A DNA stretch of 63,731 nucleotides, filler included, from Deltaproteobacteria bacterium (GTDB lineage Bacteria; JAEEML01): the NCBI GenBank assembly GCA_016283195.1. It is 3 parts of 3 records of this genome, joined end to end, with 100 filler letters (N's around TTAATTAATTAA, not from the genome) between each part and the next. Parts side by side here need not be neighbours in the genome. Positions count along the whole stretch, not along the records: positions 1 to 31,588 come from JAEEML010000147.1; 2 more parts are not named here. The stretch is one strand, 5' to 3'. Made by a program: the position numbers and the translations under genes. Positions 1 to 10,961 of this stretch are shown here, one piece after another; the first letter of the stretch is position 1, and the number at the start of each line of letters is the position of its first letter. The notes beneath the pieces were generated by a model, which was given only the letters and a program-made list of their open reading frames with translations, was not told the origin of the DNA and ran no database searches.

Positions 1-47
1 ACGCCGCCAGCGTTCGTTCTGAGCCAGGATCAAACTCTCCAATTATA
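1..47 (-). rRNA. rrs: 16S rRNA, 5' end only (continues beyond window start)
   Basis: Reverse complement reads ...GAGAGTTTGATCCTGGCTCAGAACGAACGCTGGCGGCGT, the universal 27F region of 16S rRNA; exact mature 5' end approximate. Confidence 0.97.
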
Positions 48-163
48 AATTGGAAAGAATCAATTCTGATTCTTAATTAACGTTGGTCTTACTGTTTTTT
101 CGACCGTTATGAGTTCTTTTTTGAACTCGCAACGTGCGTCTTTATCGTATATCCGATATTCAG

Positions 164-275
164 TTTTCAGGGAGCTAAGCCGCAGGGCGGCTGGTCAGCT
201 CTTGCTGACGTGAGCGGCATATTACTCGGATTAATTTCAGAGTCAAGAACTTTTTTTAAAAAATATTAAAAAAAT
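164..275 (-). promoter_or_regulatory. rRNA operon sigma-70 promoter with UP element and boxA-like site
   Basis: On - strand: A/T tract (~250-275), TTGACT (241-246), 16-bp spacer, TAATAT (219-224), GC-rich discriminator GCCGCTC; boxA-like GCTCCCTGAAAA at 164-175. Confidence 0.8.
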
Positions 276-370
276 TTACTGCCGGCTATTTTATTTCAAT
301 TTTCAACCAGTTACAGCTTGGATTGACAAAAAAAGAAGAATTAAGGAATTAATCAGCGAGTGCTAAGAGC

Positions 371-2884
371 TTACTCATCTTTTCCTTTTGGTTCATCGCC
401 ATCATCGGATTGGGGAGCATCGGCAGGCAAGAGATCCACATCTTTAAGAATCTGCACCTTTCCAGGTTCATCCACCATAATTTCCGGGCCGGCCCCCTTG
501 CGCCAATAGAGTTTACCGGTGATGCGCACTGTTTTATCGGTATAGGTAGTCACCGGATCAATCTTCATCTTGGTAAAATTACTCACATCTTTTTCATGAA
601 TAAAGAAAGCCGGAGCCCGTTTGGGATCACTGGTCAAACGGAAAGTATGCCCCTTAGAATCGGTATTTACCATTACTACATGGCCTTCCAGCATCACTTC
701 ACGGCCAATAAAATTAAGCGACTCCCCGGGAAGCACTATGGGCATAGAACACTGCTTGGAGGGAATATAAAGCAGCTGCTTTTCATAGCGCACCTGATAC
801 CAGCGGGTAAATCCCTTTTTAAAGTTTTTAATAACATCCAAACGGCTGCCCTTAGCTAAACTAACCACCGGTGCACTGTTATTATCGGGAGTAGCAAAAA
901 GAGCGGCGCTTTCTACAGCTACTTCCACTCCGTGCTCGCGGGAATGGCGCCAGTCATCATCGAAAATATCGGCATAGTAGCTGGCAATTTGCGGCTGATC
1001 AATCACCACACCAGCCTCTCTGTTACCCTTAAAACTGTTCTCGGTCCAGTTGATGGAGCTGATATGCACCCTTTCTCTGTCGGCGATAATGCCCTTGGCG
1101 TGAATTTTGCCGACATTGGTAGTCTCCAAATTGATGACTTTAGCCTCAAGATCCAGATTCTCGCTTATTGCCAATTTATTGAGATAATTCACAGTATCGT
1201 CATTGTCTCGCGGGTCGCTGCGCTCGTTGTTATAAAAAGTGCCGTCGATAAGCACTCGCGTACGCACTCCGCGCCGCGCTGCTTGCACCACCGCCGTTAA
1301 AGGCAAATTGGGCGTGGTAGCCATCGAGCCGTTTTTGCCTTTGCCCCACCAGAGAGGGATGGAATTTTCCAAAACATAGAGCTCTTTTTTGGCTGAATTC
1401 ATCAGCTTCAAAAGGGAGCTTTCTTCATCCAGGCAGTTATCCGGCGAAAGAACTATTTCGAGACGCGCCGGCCCGGTAACCTCCACCGGCTCGCGCACTC
1501 TCTTATATTGCCCTGTCGGCACCGAGCGATTGAGCACAAAAGAGCCTTTATAAGGGAGGCCGTAACTATCACTCAGATCATCGTTAATTCCAATAATATC
1601 CTTATGGTTCAGCGGATCGACATCGTCTTTAAAAACTTCCAAAAACTGGGCTGCCAGTTTTGGCGATTCCACATGCACTTCCCAACCGCGGTTACCGGTA
1701 GATGGATTAATGGGATGGCCGCTATTGCCCCAGTTTTCAGTGCCGACAACCACCAATTTTTTATCCACTACCATATATTTGGTGTGCACAAAACGATAGC
1801 GGCGCTTAAGATCCTTATCAGCCGGCTGACCGATAAAATAAACAGTAGCTCCGGCTTTATGCAAACGATCGGCCTCATAGCGCACATCATCACCGAGGCC
1901 GCCAACCGTTTGCCCCTCAATGAGCATGGTAACTTTTACCCCGCGCTCCAAGGCTTTAACCAGGTGGTCGATGATAAAATCACCACTCGGGCGGTAAATA
2001 CTAATTTTAATTTCATCAGTAGCGCTATCCATGGCTGAGGTTAAACCGGCAAAATTGTTATCCGGCGCCGAAGTAGCTTTGATGCGCACGTTTTTTTCAT
2101 AGATAGGCGGAAAGGCAAATAGACTCTGCCCGGGGAACTCCACTCGGTGATAAGGGTCCACACCCAAAACGGCTGAGGAGCTGCTGGCATTCCAATCAGC
2201 ACTGGTATTGGTATCAAAAACCGGTCGGCCTTTTAAATCGGTATCACGGCGTAGCACCTGCCCTTTCCAGCCATAGATATTCATCTCTTTAAGGCTCACA
2301 CTGCCGCCCCGCCACTGGTTGGAAGGGATATTTTTCAAAGGCAAATCATCTACATCTTTAGTGGTATAAGGCACTACATCAATAGGCTTGTGCTTAGGGT
2401 TATGCAAAGAAACAACGCCCTGCAAATCCCCCAAATTAGGCCACGGGTTGTTCATATCACAATTGGGCACAGCGGATACGCTCTCTTCCGCTTCCATATC
2501 CGGCAAATAGCCAAAAACTTTCTTAAATGCCGCACCATTTTTGGCAATCCAGGCCGATTTTCCGGCTTCCAGCACAAAATCGGCCGGGAAGGTACAGCGC
2601 TGCGAAGCACTGGCGGCCTTTTTGGCATTCATCAGCCCATAAAGGTTGGAGATATAATATCCGCCCAGCTTAGCCGGGAAAGCACTGGCATTATAAATAC
2701 GCACCGCCTCATCAGGCCCTTTGCCGCTACGCATATTGCCGCTGAAATATACACCGGTAATCATCACTTTGGCATAGCGTTTACTGCCGTAATCGCCCTC
2801 TTTTTTGGCTTCCGCCGCTCGGGGAAAGATTAAACCGGCACACACCAAGGATAATACCAAGTACTTTGTCAGATGACGGTACAT
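371..2884 (-). CDS. Secreted phospholipase D-family protein (lamin-tail-like domain, two PLD domains, SH3-like and OB-like C-terminus)
   Basis: Signal peptide; two intact HKD motifs (HTKYMVVD, HAKGIIAD); N-terminal ITGVY...DEAVRIYN lamin-tail-like segment; GGAGG RBS before ATG at 2884. Confidence 0.85.
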   Translation of the reverse strand: MYRHLTKYLVLSLVCAGLIFPRAAEAKKEGDYGSKRYAKVMITGVYFSGNMRSGKGPDEAVRIYNASAFPAKLGGYYISNLYGLMNAKKAASASQRCTFPADFVLEAGKSAWIAKNGAAFKKVFGYLPDMEAEESVSAVPNCDMNNPWPNLGDLQGVVSLHNPKHKPIDVVPYTTKDVDDLPLKNIPSNQWRGGSVSLKEMNIYGWKGQVLRRDTDLKGRPVFDTNTSADWNASSSSAVLGVDPYHRVEFPGQSLFAFPPIYEKNVRIKATSAPDNNFAGLTSAMDSATDEIKISIYRPSGDFIIDHLVKALERGVKVTMLIEGQTVGGLGDDVRYEADRLHKAGATVYFIGQPADKDLKRRYRFVHTKYMVVDKKLVVVGTENWGNSGHPINPSTGNRGWEVHVESPKLAAQFLEVFKDDVDPLNHKDIIGINDDLSDSYGLPYKGSFVLNRSVPTGQYKRVREPVEVTGPARLEIVLSPDNCLDEESSLLKLMNSAKKELYVLENSIPLWWGKGKNGSMATTPNLPLTAVVQAARRGVRTRVLIDGTFYNNERSDPRDNDDTVNYLNKLAISENLDLEAKVINLETTNVGKIHAKGIIADRERVHISSINWTENSFKGNREAGVVIDQPQIASYYADIFDDDWRHSREHGVEVAVESAALFATPDNNSAPVVSLAKGSRLDVIKNFKKGFTRWYQVRYEKQLLYIPSKQCSMPIVLPGESLNFIGREVMLEGHVVMVNTDSKGHTFRLTSDPKRAPAFFIHEKDVSNFTKMKIDPVTTYTDKTVRITGKLYWRKGAGPEIMVDEPGKVQILKDVDLLPADAPQSDDGDEPKGKDE

Positions 2885-2920
2885 CAATACCTCCAACGGG
2901 TTTAAAAATTTATCGCTATA

Positions 2921-5161
2921 TTACCAATCGGTGGTGTTTATAATACGAATTCCAAGAATATTGGCCCGATGCTGGAAGGCATCAAAACCGATTTCCAAAT
3001 CGGCAATGTAAGCTTTGCCGATATCTTTATCATAAACCATTTTCACGAAAAAGCCGTTGGAAATATCGCTTTTAACGGCCCGACATTCATAATCGCGATC
3101 ATTCACTCTAACGCATTCTTCATTTTCCAGACAGCTGGTTGTGCAGTCAGAAAGCTTACTGCCCATAGGCATACAGGCAGCTAAATTGTTTTCACCAACC
3201 ACACAAGCTTCATCGCCGGTACATAAGTCGCCGCAGGGAGAGATGATCTTTCTGGACCAACTGTTACCGCTTTTATGGCTAACAACTAAATCAAGATTGG
3301 TGGAATCCTGATAAACAATAACCGGATTGGGAACCGGAGTAATTAGAATAGCGCTGTCAGCACCGACATAATGGCGCCCGTCATCGCGGATACCGTCATC
3401 AGCCACTTCGACATAACCTTCCGGCAAGTAGCCGTAAAAATGGCGCAATTCATTATTGGTGGCATCAAGATAAGAAACATGAAGTTTGCCGTCGGGAGCT
3501 ATCACCGCCGAAGCAAAACGGCCGACATCAATATCTGTTGCCCCACCGTTTTCCAAAGAGATTGCAAAGCTGCTGCCATCAAGAATCAGCGGCGTTTTAA
3601 AGCCTTTAATCTGCTGTATGCCGTTAACTACTTCGGTCTCGGCGGTGGCCACTTTGAGATTGCCATCAATAGAATCATGGTAAATAACGTGGGGAATGCT
3701 GTTATAAGTAACTATATTACTATAAAGGCCGACACCTTTGAGCACTTTGGCAATAGCGGGCATGGGAGCCAAGGGGAGACATTTAGAAACACCTTGTTCC
3801 AAAACGCAGGACTCACCTGAACGACAAGAGGCACAATCTTTCATAATAGAGCGACAAACTGTGCTCTCATCAATTTTTACACAAGATTGGTTATCGGGGC
3901 AGCTACCGCCGCAGGATTCGGCCGGAAGCGGTTTGGCATCAAGGAGATAAAAGTCCCAATCGCTCTTCGCGGCTGGCATGGCATTCTTCGCTTTGGCATA
4001 AACCAAGCCGGTTACTTCTTCGGATGCGCCGTCAACCATGCCTCTAACCATCATGTAACTTAATTGCGGACGGTCGTCTTCGCCGATATGCAAATCAATG
4101 TAGCGGCCGGTATCGGCGGGCTTAGCAGCTGCTGTAAGCTGGCCGTTATCAACTGTCGTTATATGCCAATCGGAATTACTGTCGAGGCGAGCAAATTTAA
4201 CAGCATGATTATCCAAATCATAATAGGCTATGGCCGGCAGATTATTTCTTACAGCAATGGCAGTATATTGGCCGACATTAGGCCCGGGCTCGGCAAAACC
4301 ATGGCGAATACCGGTGGGGCTGCCAATCAAATTGCCGCTTTCCGGCACACCATCAATATAATTAGTGGATATTAAGTGCCCATCGGCGCGATCATAAACA
4401 GTCAGCACCAGGTCGCCGTAAGTATCGTCATAACTGGAAACAAAAATATGGTCACTACCAAGGGCAATATCGGCGAAACGGCCGATGACGCCATAAGTAA
4501 GCGGCGGCAGGGTTTCGCAGCGGCAGCGAAGTTCACAGCAGTGGTCAAAAATCATAGAATCAGGATCTTCATATACCAATAGTTCACCGGTACCGCAGCT
4601 CTTATTGCAACTATCTTTGCCCGAACCGCCGGCCGGTATATAAGGCACCGGTTCACAAGAATTGGTCTCTATATTGCAAACAGTGCCGCTTTCGCAAAAG
4701 CCGTCACAAGGAGCTCTAAGCACACAGCGCCCGGCAAAATACTGGCTGCCGACCGGGCAACCGCCATTCGCGGAGACGGGCGGAAAACCGCAGGTTTTGC
4801 TATCAGTAGCCACCAGGGGGCGATCTAAACACATCTGTCCTTCGGGACACTCGGCACTATCGGTACATTTTTGAATAGACGAAGCCGGGATTTTACATTC
4901 ACCACTAGAAAGGCACGACATACCGGGGCAACAATTTCCGCCGGCTTCTTCCACAGCATCACAGCGGGCTACGGTACATTCGCCTTTTCTATAGACTTTA
5001 CCATCATCACAATTATCCGGGGCGTGGCGCTTGGCACAGCTTGGGCCATCATTTTCGGCAGGCGCAGCGCGTTTACAAGCCGGCAACGAGAGCAGGAAAG
5101 AGGCACAAATGAGCGGCATTAAGAGATAAATCCGCTTGCTAGGTAAAGATGGAATACTCAT
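2921..5161 (-). CDS. Cys-rich lipoprotein with beta-propeller-like repeats (myxobacterial type)
   Basis: Lipobox LPAC; many Cys-rich modules alternating with GxY/F..I...H(V/I)SY.D repeats. Confidence 0.75.
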   Translation of the reverse strand: MSIPSLPSKRIYLLMPLICASFLLSLPACKRAAPAENDGPSCAKRHAPDNCDDGKVYRKGECTVARCDAVEEAGGNCCPGMSCLSSGECKIPASSIQKCTDSAECPEGQMCLDRPLVATDSKTCGFPPVSANGGCPVGSQYFAGRCVLRAPCDGFCESGTVCNIETNSCEPVPYIPAGGSGKDSCNKSCGTGELLVYEDPDSMIFDHCCELRCRCETLPPLTYGVIGRFADIALGSDHIFVSSYDDTYGDLVLTVYDRADGHLISTNYIDGVPESGNLIGSPTGIRHGFAEPGPNVGQYTAIAVRNNLPAIAYYDLDNHAVKFARLDSNSDWHITTVDNGQLTAAAKPADTGRYIDLHIGEDDRPQLSYMMVRGMVDGASEEVTGLVYAKAKNAMPAAKSDWDFYLLDAKPLPAESCGGSCPDNQSCVKIDESTVCRSIMKDCASCRSGESCVLEQGVSKCLPLAPMPAIAKVLKGVGLYSNIVTYNSIPHVIYHDSIDGNLKVATAETEVVNGIQQIKGFKTPLILDGSSFAISLENGGATDIDVGRFASAVIAPDGKLHVSYLDATNNELRHFYGYLPEGYVEVADDGIRDDGRHYVGADSAILITPVPNPVIVYQDSTNLDLVVSHKSGNSWSRKIISPCGDLCTGDEACVVGENNLAACMPMGSKLSDCTTSCLENEECVRVNDRDYECRAVKSDISNGFFVKMVYDKDIGKAYIADLEIGFDAFQHRANILGIRIINTTDW

Positions 5162-5249
5162 ATCAACAATCTCCTTCAGTTTTGCGCCAAGCGCAAATGC
5201 TCACAGATGTTACCCCAATTTGCACTTTATGAACATTAAAAAAATGCAT

Positions 5250-6074
5250 TTAGGTGCTATTTTGGGGAATAGTTTTCAACTTTTTGCGATAAGCCGCCGG
5301 CAACATCTTTCTAAAAGCCGGATTATAATCGGCCAATATTATAGCCAAAACAGCCGAGGCTACAGTAAACCCCAGGACAGCCGGCACCGGGCTAATAGTG
5401 CCGAGAGGCCGCCGCACCCGCCCGCGAGTAGTGGCCGCTTCGCTTTCATCGGGCTCACCCATGCCACTCAGATCGGGCAATTCTTTGGAATAAACAGCCA
5501 GGACTTCAGCCAAATGGGCTCCCAGGCCGCGATGCCGGAGGCCCTTGCGAATTTTGGCTCCGAGGCGGTCATTTGTCACTTCATCAAGCGGAGCAATGGC
5601 AATTTGCGTCGGGTCATATCTAAGAGCCGCGCCCATAGCAGTAACCAAAGGAATATGGCGGGTTAAAGCATTGGTTATCAGAGCCAGCTTGGGATTTAAG
5701 GAGTCAATGGCATCTAACACCACCTCCGGCCCAAGGGCGAAAATTTCCTCAGCTGTATCTTCATGAAAAAATAGTTCGCGCCCCAAGACAACGGCGTGCG
5801 GATTAATCTGCTTGGCCCGCTGAGCAGCCAGCGCAACTTTGGCTTTGCCGATATTGGTACTTTTGGCCAAAAGCTGGCGGTTGATATTGCTCTCACTGAT
5901 TACATCGGCATCGCAGAGAATAATTCGCCCGATACCGGCTCGCACCAGAGCTTCGGCTGCATAACCGCCCACACCGCCCAGGCCGATAACCGCCACGCTG
6001 GTATCAGCCAGCTTTTCCAGCGCTTCTTTGCCAAGTAAAAGTTCCGAACGTTCCTGCCAAGGTGCCGTAGTCAT
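5250..6074 (-). CDS. tcdA: tRNA threonylcarbamoyladenosine dehydratase (ThiF/E1-like)
   Basis: GLGGVGG, D.D.I..SNINRQ, DAIDS, AMGAA..DPT motifs. Confidence 0.88.
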   Translation of the reverse strand: MTTAPWQERSELLLGKEALEKLADTSVAVIGLGGVGGYAAEALVRAGIGRIILCDADVISESNINRQLLAKSTNIGKAKVALAAQRAKQINPHAVVLGRELFFHEDTAEEIFALGPEVVLDAIDSLNPKLALITNALTRHIPLVTAMGAALRYDPTQIAIAPLDEVTNDRLGAKIRKGLRHRGLGAHLAEVLAVYSKELPDLSGMGEPDESEAATTRGRVRRPLGTISPVPAVLGFTVASAVLAIILADYNPAFRKMLPAAYRKKLKTIPQNST

Positions 6075-6850
6075 GATATTTTTCCAAATAATTTATGGGT
6101 ATTTTGTTCGGTAATCTCGTCAACTTCTGCCAAAGTCATTTGGCGAATATCGGCTATAGTCCGGGCGACATATTTAAGGTGCTTAGGCTCTACAGTGCCC
6201 GGAGTAAGCCCTTCTATGCCAATAGAGGGGCTATCGGTTTCCAGCAATATATTTTCAAGCGGCAACTTGGCCGCCAGCGTGCGTATTCTACGCGCTCCAG
6301 GCCGGGTTACCGAGCCGGAAAAACTCACATAAACGCTTCCGCGCTTTAAAAGCGGCTCAAGCTGTTCTAAGCTCCCGGAAAAGCTATGAAGCACAAGTGG
6401 TTGCGGCGGCCGGCTCAAAAGAATGTCCAGCACTTTTTGCCCGGCTTTACGCGCATGAATAATGGCCGGCAAACCTAGCTCATTAGCCAAATCCAGCTGG
6501 GCCAAAAAGATGGGCAGCTGCTCTTCAATTGGCCGCTCTATATTGCCATCCAGGCCGATTTCGCCGATAGCCGCAACTTTAGATCCATTTTTGGCAAGTG
6601 CCCTTAACTCGCCAATATAATCCGGAGGTACATTGCCCAGATACCAAGGATGCACTCCAATTGCCACATATAAAGCCGGTAATTCTTTGGCCCAGGCATG
6701 GAGGAGACGGCTGCTCGCAATGTCTGTCGCAGCGGCAATAACGGCCCCAACGTCCTCTTTAGCCGCCATAGCCAAAAAATCGGCTACACCACTTGAGCCA
6801 CTAGCGGCTATTTCTGGAATCAAAAAGGGATGAGCATGGATATCTATCAA
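6071..6850 (-). CDS. tatD: TatD family nuclease/hydrolase
   Basis: IDIHAH, GVHP, AIGEIGLD, IIHAR, HSFSG, LLETDSP motifs. Confidence 0.92.
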   Translation of the reverse strand: MIDIHAHPFLIPEIAASGSSGVADFLAMAAKEDVGAVIAAATDIASSRLLHAWAKELPALYVAIGVHPWYLGNVPPDYIGELRALAKNGSKVAAIGEIGLDGNIERPIEEQLPIFLAQLDLANELGLPAIIHARKAGQKVLDILLSRPPQPLVLHSFSGSLEQLEPLLKRGSVYVSFSGSVTRPGARRIRTLAAKLPLENILLETDSPSIGIEGLTPGTVEPKHLKYVARTIADIRQMTLAEVDEITEQNTHKLFGKIS

Positions 6851-6861
6851 AAGAGTATCCG

Positions 6862-9024
6862 TTAATTATCTATAAATGATTTAAGACGCTTGGCCCGGCT
6901 GGGATGACGCAGTTTGCGCAGAGCCTTGGCCTCAATCTGGCGGATACGTTCACGTGTAACTTCAAAATCCTGGCCCACTTCTTCCAAAGTGTGATCGCTC
7001 TTTTCGCCAATGCCAAAGCGCATTCTAAGCACTTTTTCCTCGCGCGGAGTCAAAGTGGCAAGCACTTTGCGCGTCTGCTCGGCCAAATTACTGGAAATCA
7101 CAGCTTCCGAAGGATTAACCACGCCTTTATCTTCAATAAAATCACCAAGATGGCTATCTTCTTCTTCACCTATCGGCGTTTCCAGAGAAATAGGCTCTTT
7201 GGCAATTTTCAAGACTTTGCGCACTTTATCAACCGGCAATTCCATTTTATCGGCAATTTCTTCCGGCGTCGGTTCCCGTCCCAGTTCCTGCACTAAATAG
7301 CGGCTGGTTCTGATGAGCTTATTGATAGTCTCAATCATATGCACCGGAATACGAATGGTGCGCGCCTGGTCGGCAATAGCTCTGGTAATAGCCTGGCGAA
7401 TCCACCAAGTAGCATAGGTGGAAAATTTATAGCCACGACTATATTCAAATTTATCCACCGCCTTCATCAGGCCGATATTGCCCTCTTGGATGAGGTCCAA
7501 AAACTGCAAACCGCGATTGGTATATTTTTTGGCAATGGAAACCACCAGGCGCAAGTTGGCTTCCACCAGCTCGGCCTTGGCCCGCTCGGCCTTATTCTCA
7601 CCTTCGGTAATCCCGCGAAAAGTCTGGCGCAATTGGTCGATACTCACGTTGGTATCAGCCATAATTTTGCGCCGCCTCTTTTCGCAATTAATAAAGAGCT
7701 GCTCAATAACCCGTTGCTGGGCTGCTGTGAGCTTTTGAAAAGCGGCGCTGGCGCGTAAATCGGCCACATCACCGGCCGTAGTCAGCATTTTACGCACCTC
7801 TTTTTCATTTAAGCCGAGATTTTGGCTCTGGCTTCTAATCTCGGCATCGGCCAAATCAAGGCGATGAATCACCCCTTTCAGCTTATTGATAATGCGGTCA
7901 AATTGTCTTTTAGAGAGCTTAACTTTCACCAAAACTGAGGTCATTTGGCGCTTATTTTGCTCTATAGCTGCCAAGCGGCTGGCCTTCTCCTTAGGTGGGC
8001 AATTGTTAAGGCCATCCATGTAAACTTTAACGGCCTCATTTAAAACCCGTATTTCCTCGATTTGGGCAATAATTTTGTCGCTGCGCAACTGCTCATCGGC
8101 CTCATCTTCATCAAAATCGCGCACAATTTCGCGCACTTTGACCGTACCGGCTTTTAGCTGCTCGGTTATCGCCAAAATCTCTTCAATCGCCAGCTGTGAG
8201 TTGATGACCACATCAAGTACTTCGCGCTCACCCTCTTCAATACGCTTGGCAATTTCCACCTCTCCCTCGCGGGAGAGGAGAGCTACCGAGCCCATTTTGC
8301 GCAAATACATCCGCACGGGATCATTGCTTTTGCTAACTAGGTCATCATCCTGCTGCTGGGCTTCTTCAAAAGCCTCGGCAGCAATAAGCGGAGATGGAGC
8401 CATAGCCGGCGAAGAGGTGTTGCCAGTTTGCGCTGCGGCGGCAAAACGGGCATCTTCGTCACCGCCTTCGTCAACAAAGAGGTCATCGTCCATCATCCCG
8501 TCTAGGTCGCCATCCAAATCACTGTCATCATCCGGACCTAGCAGAATTTCATCACCCGGGGCCTGCTGTTCGGTTTCGTTTTCGCTAAAATGTTTTTTAT
8601 TATCGGCTTTTGCTGGGGTAGCAGCTTTTTTACCACCACCACCTGGCACATGTAAATCGCTCAATAAATCCGGCAATAAGCCGGCAAACTGCTCACCGGG
8701 CGCCCCCGCTTTATCTGCGCTCTTTTCCGCATTTTTAGGCGGCACTGGCTCTTTAGAAGCCCGGCTCTCGGCTACTTCCTGAAGCAGATCACTGCCTAAT
8801 GGCAGATCATCGCGTTCGGGAAGCAAATCATTAGGCGGCTCCAGAGTATTTTTAGCCTCAGAATTTTCTATAGAAATATGCAAAAAAGCCGCTTTCTTTT
8901 TTAATTCATCAAAATCTATAGACAAAGGAGATTTAGCAGTACTCCTGAACGACATCAAGATTGCTTTATCAGCGCTTACTGTAATGGTTTTAGCCGCGTT
9001 TTCAGCGCTCCCTGATACCTTCAT
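6862..9024 (-). CDS. rpoD: RNA polymerase primary sigma factor sigma-70
   Basis: [42 protein letters not shown], region 4 [26 protein letters not shown] before ATG at 9024. Confidence 0.97.
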   Translation of the reverse strand: MKVSGSAENAAKTITVSADKAILMSFRSTAKSPLSIDFDELKKKAAFLHISIENSEAKNTLEPPNDLLPERDDLPLGSDLLQEVAESRASKEPVPPKNAEKSADKAGAPGEQFAGLLPDLLSDLHVPGGGGKKAATPAKADNKKHFSENETEQQAPGDEILLGPDDDSDLDGDLDGMMDDDLFVDEGGDEDARFAAAAQTGNTSSPAMAPSPLIAAEAFEEAQQQDDDLVSKSNDPVRMYLRKMGSVALLSREGEVEIAKRIEEGEREVLDVVINSQLAIEEILAITEQLKAGTVKVREIVRDFDEDEADEQLRSDKIIAQIEEIRVLNEAVKVYMDGLNNCPPKEKASRLAAIEQNKRQMTSVLVKVKLSKRQFDRIINKLKGVIHRLDLADAEIRSQSQNLGLNEKEVRKMLTTAGDVADLRASAAFQKLTAAQQRVIEQLFINCEKRRRKIMADTNVSIDQLRQTFRGITEGENKAERAKAELVEANLRLVVSIAKKYTNRGLQFLDLIQEGNIGLMKAVDKFEYSRGYKFSTYATWWIRQAITRAIADQARTIRIPVHMIETINKLIRTSRYLVQELGREPTPEEIADKMELPVDKVRKVLKIAKEPISLETPIGEEEDSHLGDFIEDKGVVNPSEAVISSNLAEQTRKVLATLTPREEKVLRMRFGIGEKSDHTLEEVGQDFEVTRERIRQIEAKALRKLRHPSRAKRLKSFIDN

Positions 9025-9113
9025 ATTCTGCCTCCAACAAAAAAGCATACCGGGCACACCCGGCCGTACTAGTATCTCTATACTTAAAAAGTAAGCAATT
9101 ATTTTGCCAAAAA

Positions 9114-10961
9114 TTAACTGCGCCTAGCCTCTTTAACGCGCCGAAAAAGGGTGCGCAATTCTTTCTTTTGCCGCAAAAGCTCCGCCAAAAGGGCTTTATC
9201 TCCGGCTTTTTCTGCCCCTACAATAGCCTGCTGCAATTCTCCGAGCTCGCGCTTAAAATTCTGTTCCTGCAAGGAAAGTCTGAGATCATTCAGCACATCA
9301 CCGGCTGAGGAACTACTTTCTTCACTCTTTCCCAGGGAAATCACATCATATGCTAGGCGCTCATCTCCCAATAGTTGCTCGCCTTCTTCCAAAGAAGGCA
9401 AGGCATCTTTATTGGCTACAGCGGTTAGAAATTGCCCCAGCCGTTCATCACCTAGCTGCGGCACGATTTCGCTTATGTAGCACCAAAGAGACTTCCGCGC
9501 AACTATTTCTTTAACTATCCGTACTTCAAGCTGATTAAACGGTTTAACCACCGGTTTTAAAGGAGCCTTTGGCGCACTTAAAGATTGTTGTCCGCCACCG
9601 GCACCTGCTCCGTTTCTATGCAAAGTCCCCGGCTGCTCTCTCTTCTCTAACGGCTGGCGCCGCCTCTTATCCCGGCTCTTTTTGAGCGCCTGCGTAAGCT
9701 GCTCCTCACCCAGGTGGAGTGCATCTGCCGCCATCGCCACATATAAATCTTTTTGCAAACCGGCAGGCAGAGCATCCAAAATCGGCTCTATGAGCTCAAC
9801 AGCCGCCACCACCTTTTCCACCGAGCCATCCAGAAGAGCCGCCGCCGCATCAATAATATATGCTGCCACATAACGCGCTTCGGAAAGAGCTTTGGTAAAA
9901 AGGGCCGGCGAGTGCAGCAATTCGCCGGGATCTTTGGCCGGCCAGCGCACCACACTGACATTTATCCCCTGTCTTAAAAGCAATTCGGCAGAACGCAACA
10001 TAGCCTTAGTCCCGGCAGCATCGCTATCTAGCCCCAAAAGCACCTGGCATTTCAGTTTGGCAATATTTTTGGCGTGATGCTCGGTTAATGCCGTGCCCAA
10101 AAGGCCGGCTACAGCCGGAAAACCGAGCTGAAAAGCAGCCATAACATCCATATATCCTTCGACTAAAAGAAGTTGCTTGCGCTTTAATACTTCCGCTTTA
10201 GCCATATTAAAGGCAAATAAGGTGCTACCCTTGTCAAAAATAAAAGATTGAGCGGAATTTAAATATTTGGCGCCCTGCCCTGAGCCGATTATTCTGGCGC
10301 CAAAACCCACCATGTGGCCAAAAGTATCGCGAATGGGAATCATAAGGCGCATGGCACAGGGATTATAAAGTTCTCCTTCGGCATTTTGTTGCAAAAGGCC
10401 TATTTCCAAGGCCACTTCTCTGGCCTCAGCCGTATTAAGCGGCAATTCATGCACCAGGGAGAGGCGATCACCGGCATAACCCAGCTCAAATTGCTCCACA
10501 ATTTTATATTTTATATGGCGCTCTTTCAAATAAGATAATGTCCTGACTCCGCTTGGGGCGTGCAAATTATTTTTATAAAAAGCACAGGCCTTTTCCAGGA
10601 GTTCACGCGCCAATTCTTCGCGCCTTTTTTGCGCTGTCTCCGCCGGCGACAATTGAGCGGTCGCCCCAGGCACCTCCAAACCGGCTCTTGAAGCCAGGTT
10701 TTTTATAGCCTCCATGAAAGAGGCGCCCTCAATATCCATGTAGAAACTGATAACATCGCCGCCTTTACCGCAACCAAAGCAGTGGTAAAGACGTTTTTCC
10801 TCATTCACACAAAAAGAAGGCGTTTTTTCATGATGAAAGGGACAGCACCCAAAATAATTCTGCCCCTTTTTGCTAAGCGGCACATATTCCCCTATCAGGG
10901 AGACAATACTAAGCCTCTCGCGGAGAGCATTTTTAAGATCACTTAGTTCCTGTTCAAGCAT
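9114..10961 (-). CDS. dnaG: DNA primase
   Basis: CHC2 zinc finger ([11 protein letters not shown]...CFGC), KYLNS, TOPRIM VEGYMDV and LDSDAAG; directly upstream of rpoD. Confidence 0.96.
   Translation of the reverse strand: MLEQELSDLKNALRERLSIVSLIGEYVPLSKKGQNYFGCCPFHHEKTPSFCVNEEKRLYHCFGCGKGGDVISFYMDIEGASFMEAIKNLASRAGLEVPGATAQLSPAETAQKRREELARELLEKACAFYKNNLHAPSGVRTLSYLKERHIKYKIVEQFELGYAGDRLSLVHELPLNTAEAREVALEIGLLQQNAEGELYNPCAMRLMIPIRDTFGHMVGFGARIIGSGQGAKYLNSAQSFIFDKGSTLFAFNMAKAEVLKRKQLLLVEGYMDVMAAFQLGFPAVAGLLGTALTEHHAKNIAKLKCQVLLGLDSDAAGTKAMLRSAELLLRQGINVSVVRWPAKDPGELLHSPALFTKALSEARYVAAYIIDAAAALLDGSVEKVVAAVELIEPILDALPAGLQKDLYVAMAADALHLGEEQLTQALKKSRDKRRRQPLEKREQPGTLHRNGAGAGGGQQSLSAPKAPLKPVVKPFNQLEVRIVKEIVARKSLWCYISEIVPQLGDERLGQFLTAVANKDALPSLEEGEQLLGDERLAYDVISLGKSEESSSSAGDVLNDLRLSLQEQNFKRELGELQQAIVGAEKAGDKALLAELLRQKKELRTLFRRVKEARRS

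Noticed and set aside
8075-8782. Long antisense ORFs over rpoD and other housekeeping genes
   Set aside because: Reverse-frame shadows of well-supported genes with Ser-rich, non-protein-like composition
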